The position numbers and the translations under genes are program-made. Source: Gaiellaceae bacterium (GTDB lineage Bacteria; Actinomycetota; Thermoleophilia; Gaiellales; Gaiellaceae). Taken from it: 64,000 nt of DNA. This document shows positions 18,735-26,915 of the stretch, piece after piece (position 1 is the first letter of the stretch; each line of letters begins with the position of its first letter). A model generated the notes under the pieces. That model was given only the letters and a program-made list of their open reading frames with translations. It was not told the origin of the DNA and searched no databases. Location: NCBI GenBank assembly GCA_035461525.1, contig DATHVD010000046.1, forward strand, positions 14,636 to 78,635. Direction: 5' to 3'.

Positions 18735-19692
18735 GGCGCGCGCCGTCGCGGTCGTCGTCCCCGTCCTGGACGAGGCGGAGAGCTTACCCGCGCTCCTCGC
18801 CGACCTCGCAGCCCAGGAGCCGGCTCCGGCCGAGATCGTCGTCGTCGACGCGGGCTCGACTGACGGGACGCTCGACCTCCTGCGCGCCGAGGCGCTCCGC
18901 CTCCCTGCCTTGCGGGTCGTCGAGTCGCCGGGGGCGACGCCCGGCCGGGGCCGCAACGAGGGCGTCCGCGCCTCGGCGGCCGCGCTCGTCGTCACGCTCG
19001 ACGCGGGGAGCCGCGTCGGCCCGGGCTTCGTGCGCGCCCTCGCGGCCACGGTCGCCGCCGGTCCGCGGGCGGTCGCCGTGGGCGTGGCCGAGCCGGACGC
19101 CCGCTCCGCCTTCGAGCGCGCCGCCGGCTGGTTCACGCTCCGGGCCTTCAAGCCGCCGGACGCGCCGGGGCCGATCGGCGCCGAGTTCCTCCCGGCCGGG
19201 CGCAACGGCCTCGCCTTCGCCCGCGAGGCGTGGGAGGAGGCGGGCGGCTACCCACCCGACCTCCCCTGGGGGGAGGACAAGCTCTTCCTCCGGGCGCTCC
19301 GCGCCGCGGGCTACGAGCTGACGGCCGTGCCGGAGGCGGTCGTCCGCTGGCGCCCGCGCGGGTCGCCCCGCGCGCTCTGGCGTCAGTACCGCAACTACGG
19401 CCGCGGCGACGCGCTCGGGCGGGTCGACCGCCAGAACGAGCTCGTCACCCTCGGCCTCCTCGCCGTCGCCGTCGCTCTGGCCGTCCTCGCCGCGCTCGGC
19501 TCCCGCACGGCGGGCGCGCTCCTCGTCGCGGGCGCCGCCGGCTACCTCGCGCTCTTCGTGCTCGCGGCCCGGCGCGACCTCGGCGTCGACCGCGCCCTCC
19601 TCTGGGTGCCCGCCGTCCGCCTCCTCGTGGACGCGGCCAAGGTGCAGGGGTTTCTCGAGGGCACCCTCCTGCGACTCGTCCGCCGGGCCTGA
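18727..19692 (+). CDS. glycosyltransferase family 2 with C-terminal TM helices
   Basis: 321 aa. Contains VAVVVPVLDE, VVVDAGSTDGT, RN.G and TLDAG motifs. Two hydrophobic helices occupy the last 80 aa. Confidence 0.7.
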   Translation: MAEARAVAVVVPVLDEAESLPALLADLAAQEPAPAEIVVVDAGSTDGTLDLLRAEALRLPALRVVESPGATPGRGRNEGVRASAAALVVTLDAGSRVGPGFVRALAATVAAGPRAVAVGVAEPDARSAFERAAGWFTLRAFKPPDAPGPIGAEFLPAGRNGLAFAREAWEEAGGYPPDLPWGEDKLFLRALRAAGYELTAVPEAVVRWRPRGSPRALWRQYRNYGRGDALGRVDRQNELVTLGLLAVAVALAVLAALGSRTAGALLVAGAAGYLALFVLAARRDLGVDRALLWVPAVRLLVDAAKVQGFLEGTLLRLVRRA

Positions 19693-19701
19693 CCGGATCC
19701 C

Positions 19702-19719
19702 GTCCCTCGAACGAGGGAC
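19702..19719 (+). terminator. stem-loop after the GT operon (possible intrinsic terminator without a U-tract)
   Basis: A perfect 7-bp stem, GTCCCTC-GAAC-GAGGGAC, lies 10 nt after the stop at 19692. No T-run follows. Confidence 0.3.
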
Positions 19720-19782
19720 AGCCGCTCTTCCGCGACGCGCCGATCTCCCTGGAGACCGCCGTCCTCGAGGGGGATCCGGGAA

Positions 19783-21228
19783 GTGGAAGCAGCGTTCAGA
19801 ACGAGCAAGCGCCCACGCGGCTGCGTCGCGCTGGCCGCGCTCGTCGCGGCGCTCGCGCTCGCCCAGGCCGCTCCGGCGGCCGAGGTCGGGGTCGTCGGCG
19901 ACATCACGTGGGGCCAGCCCCGCAGCGACGTCGACCGGGAGATCGAGCTCCTGGAGGCGGCGGGCGTCAAGTGGATCCGCGCGAACGCAAACTGGGCCGG
20001 CCTCGAGCCGGACCAGAAGGGGACGATCAACACCTGGCTCCTCGACGAGTACGACTACGCGATCGACCGCGCGCGCGCCGCCGGGATGCAGGTCCTGATG
20101 CCGATCTCCGACGGCGTCCCGTACTGGGCGTCGGCCGATCCGGCCAAGTACGTCGACGGCTCCGGCAAGCGCCGCTACCAGGTCACGTACCGCCCGGCGA
20201 AGGCGTCCGACTACGGCGACATCGTCCGCTTCGTCGTCGAGCACTTCAGCGCGCGCGGCGTCCACGCCTACCAGATCTGGAACGAGCCCAACCACGGGCG
20301 CTTCTGGCCGTCGGGCCCGAATGCGGGCGAGTACGTCCCCATGCTCAGGGCCGGCTACGAGGCGGTGAAGGCCGTCGATCCCGGGGCGACCGTCGTCCTC
20401 GGCGGGCTCTCGAAGAGCGACTTCTACTACCTCGAGGACGTCTACCGCGCCGGCGGCGGCCCCTACTTCGACGCCGTCGCCGTGCACCCGTACACGTTCG
20501 GCGTCGACCCGACCGTCGCCTGGAACGGCGTCCAGGCCTGGGAGGACAAGAAGCGGATCTCGATCAACGCGTTTCCGGCCATCCAGGAGATCAAGCGGTC
20601 GATGGACGCGTTCGGCGACTCGCACAAGAAGGTCTGGCTGACGGAGTTCGGCTACTCGACCACGACGCGCGACGGCGGCGTCTCGGCGCAGACGCAGGCG
20701 GAGTTCCTCACGAAGGCCTACCACTACGTCGAGCAGTTCCCGTGGTTGGAGACGCTCTTCTGGTACGCGGCCCGCAACAGCCCCTTCTACGAGGACGAGG
20801 ACACCTACGAGGGACGTTTCGGGCTGACCGCGACGGACTTCACGCCGAAGCCGAGCTACGCGGCGCTCAAGGCATACGCGAAGGGGCCGGGGATGCAGGC
20901 GAAGCGGAAGGTGAGGCTCGCGAAAGCCGGCCAGCGCCTGCTTCGCGCCGGGGAGCCACGGGCGCGCGTCGTCCTCCGCGGGCGCGTCGTGCTCGGCGAG
21001 GACGCCTGGCGCGTTGCCGCCGCCGCGCGGCAGGCTCGGCGCGCCGTCGTCATCCAGAGGCGCACGCCGCGCGGGTGGGTGCGCGTGAAGCGGGTCACGA
21101 CGGGGACGGACGGCGCGTTTCGGGCGCGGGTCGTCGCTCGCGGCGACACGGTGCGCTACCGCGCCGTCGCGCGCTACGACGACCTGCGCGTCAGCTCGCG
21201 CGTCGTCCGCGTCACCATCCGGCGCTAG
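19783..21228 (+). CDS. secreted clan GH-A glycoside hydrolase (GH5/GH39-like, PslG-type) with a C-terminal beta-sandwich
   Basis: 481 aa. Has a signal peptide (ALAALVAALALAQAAPA). The acid/base motif is IWNEPN and the nucleophile motif is WLTEFGYS. Its position inside an EPS locus is consistent with this call. Confidence 0.7.
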   Translation: MEAAFRTSKRPRGCVALAALVAALALAQAAPAAEVGVVGDITWGQPRSDVDREIELLEAAGVKWIRANANWAGLEPDQKGTINTWLLDEYDYAIDRARAAGMQVLMPISDGVPYWASADPAKYVDGSGKRRYQVTYRPAKASDYGDIVRFVVEHFSARGVHAYQIWNEPNHGRFWPSGPNAGEYVPMLRAGYEAVKAVDPGATVVLGGLSKSDFYYLEDVYRAGGGPYFDAVAVHPYTFGVDPTVAWNGVQAWEDKKRISINAFPAIQEIKRSMDAFGDSHKKVWLTEFGYSTTTRDGGVSAQTQAEFLTKAYHYVEQFPWLETLFWYAARNSPFYEDEDTYEGRFGLTATDFTPKPSYAALKAYAKGPGMQAKRKVRLAKAGQRLLRAGEPRARVVLRGRVVLGEDAWRVAAAARQARRAVVIQRRTPRGWVRVKRVTTGTDGAFRARVVARGDTVRYRAVARYDDLRVSSRVVRVTIRR

Positions 21229-21260
21229 GCGGCCGCAATCCCTCCTAGACTCGCCCGGCC

Positions 21261-23270
21261 ATGGAGGAGACGGAGCCTCACGGGTCGCCCTGGGCGCCCG
21301 CCCTGCTCGTCGGCGCGCTCCCGATCGGGATCTTCCTCCTGTGGGCGGCGATCGACGGTGGGTATCCGCCGACGATCTGGAACCCCGGCGCGCTCGCGCT
21401 CGCCGGCCTTCTCGCCCTCCTCCTCGGCGTCGCGCGCGAGCTCCTGTGGACGCTCCCGCGGGTCGCGCTCGCGGCGCTCGCGCTTCTCGGCGCCTTCACG
21501 CTCTGGACCTTCCTCTCCATTCTCTGGGCCGTCGACCGGGGCGAGGCCTGGGACGCGTCCAACCGCGCCCTTCTCTACCTCGCCGTCTTCGGGATCTTCC
21601 TCCTCTGGCCCTGGCGCACGGGCCAGGGCGCCCTCCTCCTCGGCGCCTGGGCGCTCGGCGTGGCCGGGATCGCCGCGCTGACGTTCGTCTCGGCGCTCGG
21701 CTCCGACGATCCGTACAGCTTCTTCATCGGCGGGCGCTACGTGCAGCCGGCCGGCTACGTCAACGCGGCCTGCGCCCTCTTCCTCTCCGCCTTCTGGCCG
21801 GCTGCCTTCGTCGCCTCCCGGCGCGAGACGCCGTGGTTCCTCCGCGGCCTCTTCCTCGCCGCCGCCGGCTTCCTCCTCCAGCAGGCGATCCTGCCGCAGA
21901 GCCGCGGCTCCCTCTTCGTCTTCCCCGCGGTCGTCGCGCTCTACCTGGTGCTCGTCCCGGGCCGGATCCGTTCGCTGCTCGTCCTCGGCCCCGCCTTCCT
22001 CGCCTTCGCCCTCGTCCGCGAGCCGCTCCTAGACGTCTACTCGGCGGCGCGCGAGGGGACGCTCCCCGCCGGGCTCGCGGCGCTCGAGGAGCCGCTCCTC
22101 GGCTCCGCCGCAGCGCTCTTCGCGCTCGGCACGGTCTACGGGCTCGTCGACCGCTTCGCGCCGCTGCCCCGCGACGTCGCCCGGCTCGGCTCCTGGCTCC
22201 TCGGGAGCCTGGCCGTGCTCGCCGTCGTCGTCGCGGCCGTGACGCTGCTCGCCGTCTACGGCAACCCGGTGACCCGCGCCGGGGACGCCTGGGACGAGTT
22301 CACGGCCGGCCAGGTCTTCGAGGAGGACGCGTCGTACCTCGGCGCCAACCTCGGGAGCAACCGCTACGACTTCTGGCGCGTGGCGATGGGGGAGTTCCGC
22401 GACTCCCCGGTTGCCGGCATCGGGGCGGGGAACTTCGCCGCGGCGTACCTGCGTGAGCGGGAGAGCCTCGAGGAGCCGCTCTTCCCGCACAGCCTGCCGG
22501 TGATGATCCTGTCGCAGACCGGCCTCGTCGGAGGGGTCCTCTTCCTCGGCTTCCTGGGCGCGGCGCTCGCGGCCGCCTGGGCGGCGCGGGCCCGCGGGAC
22601 GCCGTTCGGCCGCGCCGTCGTCGCCGTCTCCGTCGTCGCCTTCGCCTACTTCCTCGCCCACGGGTCGATCGACTGGTTCTGGGAGTTCCCGGGGCTCGCT
22701 GCACCGGCCTTCGCCTGGCTCGGCCTCGCCGGCGGCCTCGGGCGGCCGGCCGCCGTCTCCTCGGAACGTCCGCCGGGCTGGACGTCGCGGCGGGCGACAG
22801 CCGCCGCGGCCGCTACGCTCGTGCTCGTGGCGGCTGCCGCCTCCCTCGCCTTCCCCTGGCTCGCAGCGCGGGAGGTCGAGCGCGCCGCCGAAGCCTGGCG
22901 CACGAGGCCCGACACGGCCTACGCCGCCCTCGACCGCGCCCGCGCCCTCAACCCGCTCAGCGACCGCGCCGACCTCGTCGCGGGCGCGATCGCGATGCGG
23001 CGCGAGGACTGGCCGCGGGCCGAGGAGGCCTTCGGCCGCGCGCTCGCGCGGAACGAGGAGAACTGGTACGCCGAGCTCGAGCTGGCGCTCGTAGCCGCGC
23101 TCGAGGGCCGCGACGCCGAAGCGCTCGCCCGGCTCGGCCGCGCCGAGGAGCTGAACCCGCGCGAGGAGACGATCGGCCTCGTCCGGGAGGGCGTGACGTC
23201 GGGCGAGCCCGTGAACCCACGGGTCGTGGACCGGATCCTGCTCCAGCGAGTCGAGGCGAGGACGAGCTGA
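21261..23270 (+). CDS. second Wzy/O-antigen-ligase-like membrane protein with a C-terminal TPR domain
   Basis: 669 aa with more than 10 TM helices. Has a loop motif SNRYDFWRVAM..F...PV.G.GAGNF. The last 170 aa (YAALDRARALNP...AEELNP) form TPR-like repeats. Confidence 0.65.
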   Translation: MEETEPHGSPWAPALLVGALPIGIFLLWAAIDGGYPPTIWNPGALALAGLLALLLGVARELLWTLPRVALAALALLGAFTLWTFLSILWAVDRGEAWDASNRALLYLAVFGIFLLWPWRTGQGALLLGAWALGVAGIAALTFVSALGSDDPYSFFIGGRYVQPAGYVNAACALFLSAFWPAAFVASRRETPWFLRGLFLAAAGFLLQQAILPQSRGSLFVFPAVVALYLVLVPGRIRSLLVLGPAFLAFALVREPLLDVYSAAREGTLPAGLAALEEPLLGSAAALFALGTVYGLVDRFAPLPRDVARLGSWLLGSLAVLAVVVAAVTLLAVYGNPVTRAGDAWDEFTAGQVFEEDASYLGANLGSNRYDFWRVAMGEFRDSPVAGIGAGNFAAAYLRERESLEEPLFPHSLPVMILSQTGLVGGVLFLGFLGAALAAAWAARARGTPFGRAVVAVSVVAFAYFLAHGSIDWFWEFPGLAAPAFAWLGLAGGLGRPAAVSSERPPGWTSRRATAAAAATLVLVAAAASLAFPWLAAREVERAAEAWRTRPDTAYAALDRARALNPLSDRADLVAGAIAMRREDWPRAEEAFGRALARNEENWYAELELALVAALEGRDAEALARLGRAEELNPREETIGLVREGVTSGEPVNPRVVDRILLQRVEARTS

Positions 23271-23297
23271 GGGCCTTCCACGAGCTGAGGGCCTTCC
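23262..23297 (+). repeat. perfect 18-bp tandem duplication (ACGAGCTGAGGGCCTTCC x2)
   Basis: Copy 1 (23262-23279) contains the TGA stop of the upstream gene. Copy 2 follows directly at 23280-23297. Confidence 0.9.
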
Positions 23298-23299
23298 GG

Positions 23300-23327
23300 T
23301 TGACACGCGTGAAAAGCCGCCGATACT
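23300..23327 (+). promoter_or_regulatory. sigma-70-type promoter candidate upstream of the LPFTG mini-protein/priming transferase unit
   Basis: TTGACA (23300-23305), a 16-nt spacer, then GATACT (23322-23327). This implies a leader of about 245 nt before ATG 23579. Confidence 0.4.
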
Positions 23328-23578
23328 GTGAGGTGAGCCCCTGGGGAGGACAGGGGTCCCAAATGCGGCAAACCGAGAGAGGCTCTTCACCTGCGGCTCG
23401 TCAGCGTGCTCGAACACGAGGGTGCTCACGACGGCGTGGCGGTCAGTACTAGGCCGTGGCGTCGATCAGCGAGCCGTCCGATGCGCCCGCTGGCTCGTGC
23501 CGTGAGGATGAAAGTAGTGTTTGAGCGCGTTGCACGTGGGGCAGACCTACGGCGCGGCTCACTGGAAAAGGAGAGACC

Positions 23579-23830
23579 ATGCGGAAGCGGATAGCGGTAA
23601 TCGGAGGCGCGGCCTTCGCGTTCTTCACGACGGCATCTCTTGCGTTCGCGCAGGAGCCGACGCAGAGCGGGTACGGAGGCACCGGCGGATCCATCCAGGG
23701 TGGAGTCGAGGGAGGCGGAGCGGGCGCGCTGCCGTTCACCGGCCTCGATCTCCTGCTCCTGGTCGCGGCTGGGGCGCTCCTGCTCGCTGCCGGCCTCACC
23801 CTCAGGCGCGTCAGTAGGGCAAGAAGCTAG
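23579..23830 (+). CDS. mini secreted protein with an LPFTG sortase sorting signal (paralog 1)
   Basis: 83 aa, with RBS AAAGGAGAG. Has a signal peptide ending ASLAFA|QE and a Gly-rich 25-aa core. LPFTG (aa 51-55) is followed by a hydrophobic helix and the basic tail RRVSRARS. Confidence 0.7.
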   Translation: MRKRIAVIGGAAFAFFTTASLAFAQEPTQSGYGGTGGSIQGGVEGGGAGALPFTGLDLLLLVAAGALLLAAGLTLRRVSRARS

Positions 23831-23848
23831 ACCCGGAGTTCTGCGGCA

Positions 23849-25303
23849 ATGAGCGAGAGCCCTCGCGCGGAACCGCGCGCGCAAGGCCTGGGCGCGCGGC
23901 AGCTCGCCGATCGGATGCGAGGCCTGGGCGGCTGGACCATCAGCTGCTTCGTGGTCGACGCGCTCATGCTCACGGCCGCCGTCGTCGTCGCCGACCTCGG
24001 CTCCGGCCGGGCCGGCGTCCCGCCGACCCCGGCGCTCTGGCTCGCCGCGTTCCCCATCCTCACGTTCGTCTTCATGGCGGCGCGAGGGATGTACCGACAG
24101 CGCGCTTTCCTGCGCGTGCTCGACGATCTGCGCGTCACCGTCACGGCGACTGCGCTCGCGGCGATGATCGTGCTCTCGCTACGGGTCCTCACGGCCGACG
24201 ATCCCTGGATGGCGGCGCAGACGGCCCGCCTGTGGGCGTTTGCGAGCATCTACCTGCTCGCCGGGCGCGTCGTGCTCTCCTGGAGCGAGCTCCGGGCCCG
24301 CCGCCGCGGCGAGTCCGTCCGGCCGACGCTCGTCGTCGGCGCCGGACGCGTCGGGCGGCTGACGGCCAAGCGCCTCCGCGAGCACCCGGAGCTCGGCCTC
24401 AGGCCCGTCGGCTTCCTCGACAAGGAGCCGCTCGACGGGAAGGACGGCGACCTGCCGGTGCTGGGAGCGAGCTGGGACCTCGACCGGATCGTGGCCGAGC
24501 ACGGCGTCCGCCACGTCGTCCTCTCCTTCTCGACCGCGCCCCAGAGCGTCCTGCTCCGGATCATGCAGCGGTGCCAGGAGCTCGGCGTCGAAGTCTCGAT
24601 GGTGCCCCGCTTCTACGAGAAGGTCGTGGGCCACATCGGCGTCGAGTACCTCGGCGGCCTGCCGCTGATGATGGCGCAGCCGACGAACCCGCGCGGCTGG
24701 CACTTCACCGTCAAATACCTTTCCGACCGGATCGCAGCGACGTTCCTGCTCGTGCTCGTGTCGCCGGTGCTGCTCGCCGCGGCGCTCGGCGTTCTGGTCA
24801 CGATGGGACGCCCCGTCTTCTTCCGGCAGCCCCGCGCCGGGCTGGACGGCCACGTCTTCGACATCATCAAGCTGCGCACGATGCGCCCATCAAAGCCGGG
24901 CGGCGATGCGCCCGCCGACCTGCCGGCCGGCACCGCGCCCGGCGGAGTCGAGGGGGAGGACCGCCGGACCCCGCTCGGCAGCTTCCTGCGTAAGAGCTCC
25001 ATCGACGAGCTGCCTCAGCTCTGGAACGTCGTTCGCGGCGAGATGAGCCTCGTCGGCCCCCGCCCCGAGCGGCCCGAGTACGTCGAGCGCTTCAGCGAGC
25101 AGATCGAGCGCTACGGCGCGCGCCACCGCGTCAAGGCCGGCATCACGGGCTGGGCCCAGGTGCACGGCCTCCGCGGCCGGACGTCGCTCGCGGACCGCGT
25201 CGAGTGGGACAACTACTACATCGAGAACTGGTCGCTCTGGCTCGACGTCAAGATCCTGCTCCTGACGGTCCTCGCAGTCGTCCGGCCGGCCCAGGCCGAG
25301 TGA
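23849..25303 (+). CDS. polyprenyl-phosphate glycosyl-1-phosphate transferase (WbaP/Bac_transf priming enzyme)
   Basis: 484 aa with N-terminal TM helices. The C-terminal sugar-transferase motifs are RP.FF.Q.R.G..G..F...KLRTM, DELPQLWNV..GEMSLVGPRP and GITGWAQV. Confidence 0.85.
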   Translation: MSESPRAEPRAQGLGARQLADRMRGLGGWTISCFVVDALMLTAAVVVADLGSGRAGVPPTPALWLAAFPILTFVFMAARGMYRQRAFLRVLDDLRVTVTATALAAMIVLSLRVLTADDPWMAAQTARLWAFASIYLLAGRVVLSWSELRARRRGESVRPTLVVGAGRVGRLTAKRLREHPELGLRPVGFLDKEPLDGKDGDLPVLGASWDLDRIVAEHGVRHVVLSFSTAPQSVLLRIMQRCQELGVEVSMVPRFYEKVVGHIGVEYLGGLPLMMAQPTNPRGWHFTVKYLSDRIAATFLLVLVSPVLLAAALGVLVTMGRPVFFRQPRAGLDGHVFDIIKLRTMRPSKPGGDAPADLPAGTAPGGVEGEDRRTPLGSFLRKSSIDELPQLWNVVRGEMSLVGPRPERPEYVERFSEQIERYGARHRVKAGITGWAQVHGLRGRTSLADRVEWDNYYIENWSLWLDVKILLLTVLAVVRPAQAE

Positions 25304-25382
25304 CCGCAGGCACGTTTCGCATCCTCGAGACCGGGGACAGACGGAGGGTCCGAGGAATCTGTGGCCCAAGGGGGTCTGCATC

Positions 25383-25640
25383 ATGAAGCTTTCGTTCGTA
25401 CTCACCGGGATGGCCCTCGCGTACCTCGCGACGGCGTCCCTGGCCTTCGCCCAGCAGCCGACCGAGAGCGGCTACGGCGGCGTCGGCGGCCAGGTCCAGG
25501 GCGATGTCGACGGCGGCGGCGCGGCCGGAGCCGGAGCGTTGCCGTTCACGGGTCTCGACGTCCTGCTCCTGCTCGGCGCGGGCGTCCTGCTCCTGGCGGC
25601 CGGCGTGACGCTGCGGCGCCTGAGCGGCGCGCGCAGCTAG
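25383..25640 (+). CDS. mini secreted protein with an LPFTG sortase sorting signal (paralog 2)
   Basis: 85 aa with the same architecture as 23579-23830. Has a signal peptide ending ASLAFA|QQ, then QPTESGYGG. LPFTG (aa 53-57), a TM helix and the tail RRLSGARS follow. Confidence 0.7.
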   Translation: MKLSFVLTGMALAYLATASLAFAQQPTESGYGGVGGQVQGDVDGGGAAGAGALPFTGLDVLLLLGAGVLLLAAGVTLRRLSGARS

Positions 25641-25648
25641 CCGGGGGC

Positions 25649-26476
25649 TCAGCGGGCCTTCGCGAGCAGGTAGATGCTCGCGAGGCCCGCCCAATCCCCG
25701 TAGGGCGCGAGGAGCGCGCGTGTGTCCTCGGCCTCGGCGCGGCGCCCGAGCAGCCGCGAGCAGAGCTCGATGAGCCCGAGATCGCCGACGAGCCCGTGCT
25801 CGCGGCGGCCCAGCCCGTAGAGGCTGATCATCCCCGCCGACCAGGGCCCGAGGCCGCGCTCGCGCTCCACGCGCGCGACCGCCGCCTCGGTGCTGACGCC
25901 GTGCAGCCGCTCGACGTCCCACTCGCGCGAGATGCGGACGAGGACGTTGGCCTTGCGCGCCACGAGCCCCTCTCGGGCCAGCAGGGCGGGCGAGAGGCCG
26001 CCGAAGGTCGCGCGCGTGGGCGGCAGCCGCAGCTCCCCGAGCGGCGCCGCGGCGCGCCGGAGGAGCTTCGCCTCGAGCGCCCGAGCCGCGCGCGCCTGTA
26101 TGAGCTGCCCGCAGACCGCCTTGAGGAGGGCGTGCGTGACCGTGCCGGTGCGAAGCGGCCGCAGCCCCCGCAGGCGCCGGATCGCGCCGCCGAGGAGCGG
26201 GTCGTCGCCGAAGCGGCGCAGAAAGGGGGAGTGGTCGTCGTCGGCGGCGAGGACGAAGCGAAGCCGCTCGAGCACCGGCTCCGGGTCGGCGCCCTCGACC
26301 CTGGCCTCGAGGACGCCGTCGGGCCGCTGGCGGACGCTGGCGAGGGCCGGCGTCCCGCCGGCCTCGAGCGCGAGCGTGAGCACGCCGTCGCGGAAGCGCC
26401 GCGTGGCGTCGCTCGCGTGCCTCGCCGAGAGCGCGAGCGAGTACGGCGGTCGCGCCACGATCGTGGTCTCGAGCAC
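25649..26476 (-). CDS. DNA-3-methyladenine glycosylase II family (AlkA-like, HhH-GPD)
   Basis: 275 aa. An N-terminal AlkA_N-like region is followed by the HhH motif (LGPWSAGMI) and the Asp-containing loop (VGDLGL). Confidence 0.7.
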   Translation of the reverse strand: MLETTIVARPPYSLALSARHASDATRRFRDGVLTLALEAGGTPALASVRQRPDGVLEARVEGADPEPVLERLRFVLAADDDHSPFLRRFGDDPLLGGAIRRLRGLRPLRTGTVTHALLKAVCGQLIQARAARALEAKLLRRAAAPLGELRLPPTRATFGGLSPALLAREGLVARKANVLVRISREWDVERLHGVSTEAAVARVERERGLGPWSAGMISLYGLGRREHGLVGDLGLIELCSRLLGRRAEAEDTRALLAPYGDWAGLASIYLLAKAR

Positions 26477-26492
26477 GCGCGCGAGCTTACCG

Positions 26493-26915
26493 CTACCGGC
26501 GGAAGCCGAACTCGGCCACGACGATCGTGACCTCGTCCCAGAAGCCGTACGTGCCGACCGGGCCCTCGACGTGCACCGCGGCGACGCCGATCCGCCGCCA
26601 GCTCCGGTTGAGGAGGTTCGCGCGGTGTCCCGGGCTCCGCATCCAGCTCCTCACCGTCTGGCGGGCGCTCAGGCCGGGCGCGCCCCAAGCAACGTTCTCG
26701 CCTGCGCCCCAGACGCTCGCGTCGGGGCCGGGCCAGAACGTGCGGATCCAGGTGCCGAACGGCACCCAGCGTGAGGGTTCCGCCGCAGGAGCTCGTGGCG
26801 GAAGTAGCCGGCCGTCGCCATCGAGGCGGCGTGGCTGTTCGCCGCGGGTCAGGGGGGCCGCCGCGCGGAGCTTGGAGAGCCCGCAGGCCTGCCGAGCCGC
26901 GTTCACCCGCTTCAC
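26493..26915 (-). CDS. CAP (SCP/PR-1/YkwD-like) domain protein, probably indel-disrupted
   Basis: The C-terminal half is canonical (GENVAWG....SA...V..WM.SPGHRANLL......IGVA). The conserved HS..MA..GYF.H motif is found only in the +1 frame. A signal-peptide-like segment continues in frame upstream to about 27030, but no start codon precedes it. Confidence 0.5.
   Translation of the reverse strand: MKRVNAARQACGLSKLRAAAPLTRGEQPRRLDGDGRLLPPRAPAAEPSRWVPFGTWIRTFWPGPDASVWGAGENVAWGAPGLSARQTVRSWMRSPGHRANLLNRSWRRIGVAAVHVEGPVGTYGFWDEVTIVVAEFGFRR

Noticed and set aside
23330-23578. Possible c-di-GMP (GEMM-I-like) riboswitch, suggested by GCGGCAAACCGAGAGAGGC resembling the GGCAAACC-stem-GNRA part of the motif.
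   Set aside because: I could not find the second conserved half (ACGCAAAGCC...CCGG and the paired P1/P2 architecture) by eye. I kept only the generic long structured leader hypothesis, pending an Infernal scan.
23406-23594. 62-aa ORF inside the leader upstream of LPFTG mini-protein 1.
   Set aside because: It has no RBS, an Arg-rich composition and no motif, and it overlaps the RBS and start of the convincing downstream gene.
10728-25640. EPS locus as a mobile genomic island.
   Set aside because: I found no integrase, transposase, tRNA attachment site or flanking direct repeats. The composition looks like the rest of the window by eye. Only the synteny-interruption argument is retained.
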